Assembly: GCA_963709345.1 (NCBI GenBank)
Contig: CAVPVX010000007.1
Coordinates: forward strand, 544,001 to 608,000
From: an uncultured Actinomycetes bacterium
GTDB lineage: Bacteria > Actinomycetota > Thermoleophilia > UBA2241
Length of the DNA stretch: 64,000 nucleotides
Reading direction: 5' to 3'
The number at the start of each line of letters is the position of its first letter. The first letter of the stretch is position 1. Of this stretch, positions 19,979-31,230 are shown piece by piece. Both the position numbers and the translations under genes were made by a program. Under the pieces are notes generated by a model. That model was not told where the DNA came from. It was given only the letters and a program-made list of their open reading frames with translations, and did not search any database.

Positions 19979-20948
19979 AGGACGGCGCGTCGGCTATCTG
20001 CCCCTCGCCGATCATGATCGCCCGGGTGCGCTCGTAATCGACACGCGAGAGCACGCCCGGCTGCCAGGAGTCGTTCTCGCCGGGGTAGACGGCCCTGAGC
20101 ACATGCTCGAGCATCCAGCTCTGGTGTGCACGGTTGGTGGGCACGTGCTCCGCCTGCGCCCGGCGCATGACCATCGTCACGGCCTTCTCGGGGTGGTCCC
20201 GGCAGTACCGCCAGCCCTCGAGCGTCGCCGCGGCGAACTCGCGGCACAGGCCGGGACTCCGCCGCTGCGTCGACGCCAGCGCGTACACGCCGTCCTCGGG
20301 GAAGTCGAAGCCGGCCTCGCGCAGGCTGAATGCCGTGAGCTCGTCGGGGTCGACCCCGGCCTGCAGGATGGTGTGGTACTCGTTGTACTCCATCGCCGCG
20401 CACGCCGTGACTCCTCCGCGCAGGAACAGGTTCACGGTGTAGTACTGCGGCACGAGTTCGGGCTCGACGTCCGCCGTGCTGAAGTAGCCGAGGTAGGCGG
20501 CCTGGAAGCTCGTTCCCCAGAGGCTGACCCGCTCGCCGTCAAGCGCCTCGCGGCCCGCCACCGCTCCACGCCGGGCCACCAGCAGGAGGTTCGAGCGGTT
20601 CACGATCTGGCTCACGCACACCAGCGGCTCACCCTCCTCCGCTGCCGCCATGGCGCCGCTGAGGAATGATGTCGCGAACTCAGCGCGGCCGCTCCTGAGC
20701 TCGGCGATCGGGTCGATGCCGGGGCCGCCGGAAAGGATCTCGACGTCGAGCCCGTGGTCGCGATAGAAGCCCTGCTCCGCGGCGGCGTAGTAGCCCGCGA
20801 ACTGGGTTTGGGGCTCCCACTGCAGGACGAGCCGGACCTGCTCGGGGCGAGACGCGCCCTCGGCCGGCCCACCGCGCGTCCCCGCGGCGACGAGAGCGGC
20901 GCCGCAAAGGCAGAGCGCCGCGACGGCGGCGAGGATCCGGCGGATCAT
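19938..20948 (-). CDS. NMT1/THI5-like solute-binding protein
   Basis: Signal peptide, then LQWEPQTQFAGYYAA.EQGFY...GLDVEI, typical of the NMT1/SsuA/THI5 family. Confidence 0.85.
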   Translation of the reverse strand: MIRRILAAVAALCLCGAALVAAGTRGGPAEGASRPEQVRLVLQWEPQTQFAGYYAAAEQGFYRDHGLDVEILSGGPGIDPIAELRSGRAEFATSFLSGAMAAAEEGEPLVCVSQIVNRSNLLLVARRGAVAGREALDGERVSLWGTSFQAAYLGYFSTADVEPELVPQYYTVNLFLRGGVTACAAMEYNEYHTILQAGVDPDELTAFSLREAGFDFPEDGVYALASTQRRSPGLCREFAAATLEGWRYCRDHPEKAVTMVMRRAQAEHVPTNRAHQSWMLEHVLRAVYPGENDSWQPGVLSRVDYERTRAIMIGEGQIADAPSYERFVAPEARGAP

Positions 20949-21382
20949 GTCCGTCTGATGACGAGCCGGAGCACGTTGCGCGAGCCGTCACGCACATAGG
21001 CGACTTCGTCCATCACGCGACGCACCAGGAAGATCCCAAGTCCGCCGACGGGGCGGTCCTCGACGCCGCCGAGCACGTCGGGCTCTTCGGCCTCGAGCGG
21101 GTCGAAGGGCACGCCCTCGTCGACCAGTTCGACGACGAAGCGCTCGTCCTCCGGCGCGACCCGGACCAGCAGTTCGCCTGGCGGCACCTCGTACGCGTAG
21201 AGGCAGATGTTGACGACGGCTTCTTCCACAGCCAGCTCGAGTTGCATCAGACGACGCGGGTGAAGGCCCCACACGGAGGCTTCACCGGCGATCAGCGCGA
21301 TGATGTCCGGGACGGCCTCGGTGCGCGCCGCGAACACCCTCTCCACTCCGGCCGGGCCCACGTCGCTCTCTCCGCCTGCCAC
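20945..21382 (-). CDS. RsbW-like anti-sigma factor/Ser kinase
   Basis: LAVEEAVVNICLYAY, DEGVPFDP and GGLGIFLVRRVMD. Confidence 0.92.
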   Translation of the reverse strand: MAGGESDVGPAGVERVFAARTEAVPDIIALIAGEASVWGLHPRRLMQLELAVEEAVVNICLYAYEVPPGELLVRVAPEDERFVVELVDEGVPFDPLEAEEPDVLGGVEDRPVGGLGIFLVRRVMDEVAYVRDGSRNVLRLVIRRT

Positions 21383-21467
21383 TCCCTCACCCCCTGGCTA
21401 CGAACCGGCCGACCGCGCATCTTGGCGGCCGGCCCGGGCACGCTCACTTCGTGCCGGACGGCGCCGG

Positions 21468-24070
<2,603 letters not shown>

Positions 24071-24074
<4 letters not shown>

Positions 24075-24505
24075 GCCTCGACCTCCCCGTTCTGGATGTC
24101 GATCTTGCGCGCGCCCGACTCGTGCGGCTTGAGGATGAGCCGCACCTCGAGCACGCCCGCCTCGTACGTCGCCGTCGTCACCTCCGGATCGACGTCGACC
24201 ATCAGGCGCACGCGGCGCTCGAAGGGGCCGTAGTCCATCTCCACCTGCTGATAGACCCTGCCTTCGCGGGTCGGGAACGAGCGTTCGCCGCGCACCACGA
24301 GCTCGCGCCGGTCGACCAGCAGTTCGATGTCTTCCATCGCCAGGCCGGCCAGCTCGAAGCGCACCACGATCTCCTGGGTGTCCTCCTCGAAGTAGGCGTC
24401 GGCCGCGGGGCGAAAGCCGCGCCCCCGGTACTGCTGTCTGGTCGCGACCACACACGAATCATTGAAGGCGCGCAGCACCTCGTTGTGCAGCTTCTCGACA
24501 TCCAC
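24071..24505 (-). CDS. Hsp20/alpha-crystallin family protein
   Basis: P.ADAY, ELAG, YGPFERRV and ATYEAGVLEV; SD AAGGAG before GTG; usual hsp20-lon pairing. Confidence 0.88.
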
Positions 24506-24692
24506 GGGGTGACTCCTTGCGCCAGGCCCCGGCCGGACGGCGAAGCCGCGGGTCCGGGGCGCGTTGCGGGAACTCTGCGATGCTCCTACCCGCTCCGTGG
24601 GGGAGCGTAACGACGAGCGCGAACGGCACGCAAGCGGCGGGCGGTCTGCGCTGGCCCGTGCATCCGTCGCCCCGCGGGTTTACGATTGTCGC

Positions 24693-26606
24693 GTGCAACT
24701 GGCGTTCACCACCGTCGACGAATTCCACGGGCTGCTCGAGCAGGCCGGCGAAGCCGTCGACTACCGCGAGGTGTGGCCGCACCTCTTCCCGGTCGCCAAC
24801 TGCCCTCCCGAGCTCATGCACACGCTTGTCGACGACATCGTCAAGAGCGACGAGCGCTTCGCCTGGGAGAGCGACGTCCACGTCGGGCTCGCCGCCTGGA
24901 AGGCCCGGCGGCGCGACCTCGCCGACGTCGCCTTCACCGTCGTCGACCTCGAGACCACGGGCGCGACGCCGGGGTTCGCGAAGATCACCGAGATCGGCGC
25001 CGTGCGCGTCGAGGGCGGGCGCGAGGTCGACTCGTTCTCGACGCTCGTCGACCCCGGCATGCCCATCCCGGCGATGATCACCGGCATCACCGGCATCGAC
25101 GACGCGACGGTCGCCGGGGCGCCGCCGATCGAGGTCGCGCTACCGCGCTTCGTCGATTTCGCCGCGCACTCGGTGCTGGTCGCGCACAACGCACCGTTCG
25201 ACCTCGGCTTCCTCGACTACGAGCTCACGCGGCTCCGCCGCCAGACCTTCCCCCGGCCGGCGCTCGACACCCTGCGTCTGGCACGCAAGCTGTGCCCCCA
25301 GCAGCGCTGCTCGCTGAGCGCGCTGAGCTACCGCTTCGACACCCGGGTCAAGCCCGTGCACCGCGCCCTCCAGGACGCGCAGGCCACGGCTGAGCTGCTC
25401 CTGCTCTTTCTCTCCCGGCTGCAGGAGCAGGGCATGAACACGCTGGAGGAGGTGGCGCGCTTCTGCGAGCCGGGAGCGCGCCGCAACTACCACAAGATCG
25501 CGCTGACGGAGAACATCCCGACCACTCCGGGCGTCTACCTCATGCGCGACGAGAAGGGCGCCGCGCTGTACATCGGCAAGGCCGAGAACCTGCGGCGCCG
25601 GACGCGCGACCACTTCCTCCAGCGCCAGGCCTACCACGCGCGCCAGGCGCTGGAGCTCCTCGACCGCATCGACGTCGTCGAGACGGGGTCGGAGTTCGCC
25701 GCCCTGCTTCTCGAGGGGCGACTCATCGCGAAGCATCGGCCGCCCTGCAACTCACACGGCACCCGGGCGGGCAGCTACCACTACGTCAAGCTCAGCGCCG
25801 ACGAGTACCCGCGTCTGTACGCGACGCCCAATCTGCGCGAAGACGGCTCCTACTACGCCGGGCCGTTCCGCAAGGCGAGCCTGGCCCGGCGTTTCGTCGA
25901 GTGCGTCAACGGCGTGTACCCGCTGCGCACCTGCGCGCACCTGCCGGCGGCGAAGCGGCGCGGCGCGGCGCCGGACCACGCCTGCCCCCGCGCCGGCACC
26001 GGCGCCTGCCTGGCGCCGTGCACGCGACCGCTGAACGGCGAGTACGCGGCCGTGGTCACCGCCGTGCGCCGCGTCCTCGAAGGCGACGCCGGCGAGCTGG
26101 ACCACCGCCTCCAGGAGCGCCAGGCGACGCTGGTCAAGGCGCTGGCGTTCGAGCAGGCGGCGCGCCTGCAGAACCAACGTGAGGCGGTGGATCGGGCGCT
26201 GCGCAGCGTGCGCCGCCTGCGCGCCGCACGGCGGGACGACGTCGTCCTCGCCTACCCGGCGAAGCGCCGCGGCTGGCTCGCCCTCTGGGGAGTGCGCGGG
26301 GGGCGCATCGTCGTTGAGCACGAGGTGGGCCGCGGGGCGTTCGGCGAGGCGGCGGCGAGCAGCTTCCTCGCCGAGCTCGCCGCCGCCGACCCGCCGCGCC
26401 CGCCCCTGCCCGCCGCGGTCATCGACGAGATGCTGCTCGTACACTCCTGGGCCGCCGCCCACCGCGAGGCCGCGAACGTGCTGGACATGGGCGGCTTCGT
26501 CCGCGGCGAGGAGCCGCGCGCCGCCGCGGCGGCGCGCCTTCTCGAGCGCGTCCGCCTGTGCGCCGGCGCCGAGACCGCCGCAGCTGCCGGCACAAGCCGC
26601 CGCTAG
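24693..26606 (+). CDS. DEDD (DnaQ-like) exonuclease fused to a UvrC-like GIY-YIG domain
   Basis: VVDLETTG, VAHNAPFD and HRALQDA; GVYLM...YIGKA.NLR.R; Cys cluster; UVR-like FEQAARLQ. TACGAT 6 nt before the GTG suggests a leaderless transcript. Confidence 0.9.
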   Translation: MQLAFTTVDEFHGLLEQAGEAVDYREVWPHLFPVANCPPELMHTLVDDIVKSDERFAWESDVHVGLAAWKARRRDLADVAFTVVDLETTGATPGFAKITEIGAVRVEGGREVDSFSTLVDPGMPIPAMITGITGIDDATVAGAPPIEVALPRFVDFAAHSVLVAHNAPFDLGFLDYELTRLRRQTFPRPALDTLRLARKLCPQQRCSLSALSYRFDTRVKPVHRALQDAQATAELLLLFLSRLQEQGMNTLEEVARFCEPGARRNYHKIALTENIPTTPGVYLMRDEKGAALYIGKAENLRRRTRDHFLQRQAYHARQALELLDRIDVVETGSEFAALLLEGRLIAKHRPPCNSHGTRAGSYHYVKLSADEYPRLYATPNLREDGSYYAGPFRKASLARRFVECVNGVYPLRTCAHLPAAKRRGAAPDHACPRAGTGACLAPCTRPLNGEYAAVVTAVRRVLEGDAGELDHRLQERQATLVKALAFEQAARLQNQREAVDRALRSVRRLRAARRDDVVLAYPAKRRGWLALWGVRGGRIVVEHEVGRGAFGEAAASSFLAELAAADPPRPPLPAAVIDEMLLVHSWAAAHREAANVLDMGGFVRGEEPRAAAAARLLERVRLCAGAETAAAAGTSRR

Positions 26607-26669
26607 ACGCAGGCCCGCCGCCCGGCGCCTACCGTCCGGCCCGCCACTTGACCCGGGCCGAACACGCCC

Positions 26670-27590
26670 TCACTCGTCGGGCTCCCACACCGGCACGATG
26701 CGGAAGTGGAGGCCCGGCAACTCGTCGGCGAGAGCCTTCTCCATGTGACGGCTGAGCACGTGCACGTGCTCCACGCTCTTCTCCCCGTCGAAGCCCAGCT
26801 CGATCTCCACGAACCGCCGCTTGCCGCTGGAGCGTGTGTAAAGGGTGCCCACGAGGTCGTAGTCGGCGTAGTGCGCGGCGAGCACACGCGTGATCGTGAG
26901 CTGCTCCTCCTCGGCGAGCGGCAGGTCCATGAGGGCGCGGAAGTTGTGGCGCACCAGCGACACGCCCACCCACAGCATGTAGAGGGCGATCACGAGGGCC
27001 ACGGTGGGGTCGACACGGTCGCCGATGGCCGGCAGGCCGAGACCGATAAGCACCGTCGCCAGCACGAAGGCGATGATGACACCGCCGTCGGTGAGCATGC
27101 CGATGAGATAGTCGGCGCGGTACGAGACGAGCAGCGGCGAGGGATTCCGCGTGCCTCGCCTCAGGCGCGACGCGAAGACGAAGAGCACGGTGCCGGTCAG
27201 GCATGTGATCGACACGGGGATCAGGCCCAAGAGGTAGCCCACCTCGGGTGCGTGGATCAACCGCTCGACGGAGTCGAAGAGGACGTACGCACCGGACGGT
27301 ATGTAGAGCACACCGCAGAGAAAGGCGGAGAAGTTCTCGAGCTTGCCGGCGCCGTACGGGTGGGTATACGCGTTCTCGCGCAGCACCTGGCGCATGGCGT
27401 AGACGGCGAAGGCGTTGATGACCAGAGCGATCCCCGACTGGGCGGCCATGGCGATGAGCGCGGCGGAGCCGGTCAGCATGGCGCTGGTGACCATCATGAC
27501 CACGATCGGCACCTCGATGGCCAGCCCCCAGCGGAGCAGCTTGTAGAGGCTCACCGACTCCTGATCGACCAGCGCCTGCTCGTTCTTCAT
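26670..27590 (-). CDS. Cation diffusion facilitator family transporter
   Basis: HPYGAGKLE, DP.VALVIA and a C-terminal dimerisation domain (RSSG.RRFVEI). Confidence 0.85.
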   Translation of the reverse strand: MKNEQALVDQESVSLYKLLRWGLAIEVPIVVMMVTSAMLTGSAALIAMAAQSGIALVINAFAVYAMRQVLRENAYTHPYGAGKLENFSAFLCGVLYIPSGAYVLFDSVERLIHAPEVGYLLGLIPVSITCLTGTVLFVFASRLRRGTRNPSPLLVSYRADYLIGMLTDGGVIIAFVLATVLIGLGLPAIGDRVDPTVALVIALYMLWVGVSLVRHNFRALMDLPLAEEEQLTITRVLAAHYADYDLVGTLYTRSSGKRRFVEIELGFDGEKSVEHVHVLSRHMEKALADELPGLHFRIVPVWEPDE

Positions 27591-27925
27591 TCTGCGGCTC
27601 CCAGGTCGCGGGTCGCGAGCCTGCGGGCGGGCGCTCCTGCGCCCTCCCGCCCTGCTCCCCGCCTCACTCCTCTGTCGCCCGTGTACGCCGGCCGCGCAGC
27701 AGCAACACGACCAGCGCCGGTCGGATGCGTCTCGAGTGAGCCATGATCTCCCCCCGGCAGATGACGCGCGCACCGCTGCCGGTCCCCATGTCGTTGGATC
27801 GCAGCCGCGTTCCCGCACCATCGTCTCACGTGGAGCGCACCGGTCAAGGCAGCGGACCCGGCACGCGGCGGAGGGACTATCATGGGCCGCGGACCACCAC
27901 GCGCACGAAGGGAACCGGTACGCCC

Positions 27926-28699
27926 ATGCACGCCAGCATCTCGACCAGCCGCCACGACGCCGTCATCTTCGACCTCGACGGCGTCGTCACCCAGACGGCC
28001 GCCGTCCATGCGGCCGCCTGGAAGCAGCTCTTCGACACGTATCTCGCGGAGCGCGCCGCGCGGACGGGCGCCACCGGCGGCGAAGCGCCCGACCCGACGA
28101 TGCGGCCCTTCGACGCCGGGTCCGACTACGGCCTCTACGTCGACGGCAAGCCGCGCTACGACGGCGTGCGCGACTTCCTCGCCTCGCGGGGTATCGAGCT
28201 GCCGTGGGGCGACCCCGCCGACCCGCCGGAGCGCGAGACGGTGTGCGGGCTCGGCAACGGCAAGAACGCATTCTTCAACGCCGAGGTCGAGGAGCACGGC
28301 GTCAAGACCTTCCCTTCCACTGTGGAGCTAATCCACCACCTGCGCGACGCCGGCATCAAGGTCGGCCTCATGTCGTCGAGCAAGAACACCGCCATGGTGC
28401 TCGACGTGACCGGCACGACCGACCTCTTCGAGGTGCGCATCGACGGCGTCGTCGCGGCCGAGCTGGGCCTGCCCGGCAAGCCGGACCCGGCCATGTACCT
28501 CGAGACGGCGCGCCGGCTCGAGGTGGAGCCGGGGCGCGCCGTGGTCGTCGAGGACGCCCTCTCCGGCGTGGAGGCCGGACGTCGGGGCGGCTTCGCCCTC
28601 GTGATCGGCGTCGACCGGCTCGGCCAGGCGGCGGAGCTGGCCGCGCACGGCGCCGATGTCGTCGTCGACGATCTCGCCGAGGTGGGCGTCACCGCCTGA
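27926..28699 (+). CDS. HAD-family hydrolase (beta-phosphoglucomutase-like)
   Basis: FDLDGVVTQTA, VDGKPRYDGV, SSSKN, GKPDP and EDALSGVEAG. Confidence 0.9.
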   Translation: MHASISTSRHDAVIFDLDGVVTQTAAVHAAAWKQLFDTYLAERAARTGATGGEAPDPTMRPFDAGSDYGLYVDGKPRYDGVRDFLASRGIELPWGDPADPPERETVCGLGNGKNAFFNAEVEEHGVKTFPSTVELIHHLRDAGIKVGLMSSSKNTAMVLDVTGTTDLFEVRIDGVVAAELGLPGKPDPAMYLETARRLEVEPGRAVVVEDALSGVEAGRRGGFALVIGVDRLGQAAELAAHGADVVVDDLAEVGVTA

Positions 28700-28732
28700 G
28701 CGAGTGACGTCTTGAGCGCCGGTCGCTCGGAT

Positions 28733-30550
28733 CTACTCCTCGACGGCGCGGCCCTTGCCGCGACGCATGAGCACCACGACCAGCACGATCACGACCAGCA
28801 CGGCGACCACGCCGAGGATGATCCACGTGGTCGAGGACGATGCGCTGGTGCTCTCGGCGGCGACCTTCGGCTTGAGGTTCACGTAGGTGTCGATGTTGAA
28901 GGCGTTGAGGAACGAGAGGCCGCCCAGGAACGGCACCCAGCCGTCCCACCTGGCCGTGTTGGCTATCTCGAGGGTGTCGGGATACGTCATGGCGATCTGC
29001 GGGCTCTCGTCGTAGAAGATCTGCTGCAGACGGTGGATCGTGTCGAGGCGCGTCGCCTTGTCGATCTGGCTGAACTGCTCTTCGCACAGCCGGTCGTACT
29101 CGGCGTTCGACCAGCAGGGATCGTTCCACCACTCGATCTGGGCGGTGGTGAACGATGCCAGCGTGTCACCCGGGTCGGCGTAGCCGGCGTAGCTCCACAG
29201 ATAGACGTCGTAGTCGGGTGCGTAGGCGCCGGACTTGTCGTAGTTGTAGAGGGCGTCGGAGAGGGCACCGTCCTCCACCACGCTGTACTTGATGTCGAGA
29301 CCGCACTCCTTGAACCAGCCGGCGATCAGCTTGCCCTGTGACTGGCTCTCGGCCGACTGTGTGCGCGCCGCGAGACGCAGCCTGATGTTCTTGCCTTTGT
29401 ACTCGCGGATGCCGTCGCCGTCCGCGTCGACGTAGCCGGCGGCGTCGAGCAGCTGGTTGGCCTTGGCGATGTCGAAACCGTAGGCCTCCTCGGCCGTGGG
29501 CTCGTAGTGGGCGTCGAAGTCGTCCGGCCACTCGCCGGGCGGCATGATCGAGGTGGCCGGTCGCGCGTACCCGTTCCAGCCGATGGCGACGAGTCGCTCC
29601 TTGTCCACGGCCCAGTTGAGCGCTTGCCGGAACTTCACGTCCCTGAGGATAGGGTGGCCGAGGGAGCTGGGCTGGTCGTAGCAGTTGAAGCAGATGTAAT
29701 CCCACGTGTACAGGTTGCCCTTGAAGCCCTGGAAGCCCTCCAGGTTCGCGACCTGGTCGTACTGAGCCGGCGGGACGCCGTAGGCGGCGTCGATGGCGCC
29801 CATCTTGAGGTCCTGTGTCATCGTGTCGGCGTTCGTGTAGAACTCGAAGAGGATCTCGTCGACGGCCGGCGCAGCGCCCCAGTAGCTGGGATTCCTGGTC
29901 ATGCGGATGTAGCTGCCGCGCTTCCACTCGTCGATCACGAAGGGTCCCGAGCCGACGAACGGGTAGGTCACCTTCTCCTTCTCCGGCTTGGCGACCTTGG
30001 ACCAGATGTGCTCGGGGAAGCAGTAGATGTACAGCCTCTCCATGTTGGCCTTGGGCTTGCTGCACCTCACCTCGCAGGTGGTGTCGTCGATCGCCACGGC
30101 CTCTTCGATGAGCTTGGTGTACGAACTGTAGGCGGCAAGGTTGTTCTCGATGATGTAGTTGTAGCTGAAGGCCACGTCCCCGGCGGTCACGGGCTCGCCG
30201 TCGCTCCACACGGCCCCCTCGCGGATCTTGAACGTCCACGTCTTGCCGTCCGGCGAGACGCTCCAGCTCTCCGCGATACCCGGCACCGGGCTGCCGTCCT
30301 CGGCGCCGTACCCGATGACGAAGTCGTAGTTGAGGCACCACGTCTCGAAGCCGATGGTGCCGTAGCCGACGAACGGATTGAGGCTGTCGGGCTGCTCCAT
30401 CGTGCCGATCTTGAGAACGACCTTCTCGCTGCCGGACGCCGGCGAGGCGCTCTCGGCCGACGATGAAGCGCCGCCCCAGACGAGCCCTGCGGAGAGCAGG
30501 ACCGCCACCACCAGAACAATGGTCGTGAGCCCCTTGCGAGTACGCCTCAT
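28733..30550 (-). CDS. Peptide/nickel ABC solute-binding protein (family 5) with C-terminal TM anchor; no adjacent permease
   Basis: AESWSVSPDGKTWTFKIREGAVWSDGEPVTAGDV; signal peptide; hydrophobic C-terminal helix followed by RRGKGR. Confidence 0.9.
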   Translation of the reverse strand: MRRTRKGLTTIVLVVAVLLSAGLVWGGASSSAESASPASGSEKVVLKIGTMEQPDSLNPFVGYGTIGFETWCLNYDFVIGYGAEDGSPVPGIAESWSVSPDGKTWTFKIREGAVWSDGEPVTAGDVAFSYNYIIENNLAAYSSYTKLIEEAVAIDDTTCEVRCSKPKANMERLYIYCFPEHIWSKVAKPEKEKVTYPFVGSGPFVIDEWKRGSYIRMTRNPSYWGAAPAVDEILFEFYTNADTMTQDLKMGAIDAAYGVPPAQYDQVANLEGFQGFKGNLYTWDYICFNCYDQPSSLGHPILRDVKFRQALNWAVDKERLVAIGWNGYARPATSIMPPGEWPDDFDAHYEPTAEEAYGFDIAKANQLLDAAGYVDADGDGIREYKGKNIRLRLAARTQSAESQSQGKLIAGWFKECGLDIKYSVVEDGALSDALYNYDKSGAYAPDYDVYLWSYAGYADPGDTLASFTTAQIEWWNDPCWSNAEYDRLCEEQFSQIDKATRLDTIHRLQQIFYDESPQIAMTYPDTLEIANTARWDGWVPFLGGLSFLNAFNIDTYVNLKPKVAAESTSASSSTTWIILGVVAVLVVIVLVVVLMRRGKGRAVEE

Positions 30551-30793
30551 GGTGTCCCCCTTGGTTGCGCCCGACGGAGCCGAGCGAGCCTGGTTCCCCC
30601 GCGAGGTGCGAACCCATGTGCCTCCCCTCGCGCTCCCCAACCGTCTCTCAGTAGGTTACCGTCCGGGTCCGGTGCTGTCAGCAGGCGATACTTGGGCAAA
30701 CTTGGCCGCGAGCGTCTTGTGTGTGGTGCCCGGGCTCGCGTGGCTGAGACCAAGGCCGGCCACGGCGGCCGCGGCGCGTCTTTCCGTCCGACG

Positions 30794-30822
30794 TTTACAC
30801 GAACATATGTTCGTGTTACGCT
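30794..30822 (+). promoter_or_regulatory. LexA (SOS) box inside a sigma70-type promoter
   Basis: Perfect 20-bp palindrome ACACGAACATATGTTCGTGT (30797-30816, GAAC-N4-GTTC) spanning the spacer of TTTACA-N17-TACGCT. Confidence 0.92.
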
Positions 30823-30866
30823 CACTACCCCCGCAGCATCGTCCACCCGCACGTCAGGAGCCCCAC

Positions 30867-31199
30867 ATGCCGAGCGGCGGAGCCACCTCCGACGACAGAC
30901 CCCGGCGCCCCACCGGCGCCGCCCGGGCCCGCGCCGGCCGCCCGGGTCCGGGCGGCGAGGCCGTACTCGTCGCCGTCACCTGGGACGAGCGGCAGCGGCG
31001 CCCGGTCGCCTTCGTCTGGCGCCGCCGCCGCTATCAGGTCGAACGCGTGCTCGAGACGTGGGTCCTCGAGACGGGCTGGTGGAAGGACGAGGGCCACGTC
31101 AGCCGCTCGTACTGGCGGGTGCGCGCCGGCGGCCGTGTCGTCGACCTGCGCTACGACCGCATCGGCAAGGCATGGGCGATCGAGAAGGTACTCAGTTGA
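30867..31199 (+). CDS. DUF6504-like small protein (resembles the ImuB C-terminal domain)
   Basis: SD AGGAG. P.AFVWRRRRY.V..V...W...TGWW......R.YWRV...LRYD....W; lies directly before dnaE2. Confidence 0.75.
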   Translation: MPSGGATSDDRPRRPTGAARARAGRPGPGGEAVLVAVTWDERQRRPVAFVWRRRRYQVERVLETWVLETGWWKDEGHVSRSYWRVRAGGRVVDLRYDRIGKAWAIEKVLS

Positions 31200-31230
31200 G
31201 CAGGCGCCGGCACGGCGGCGGGGGGCACGG

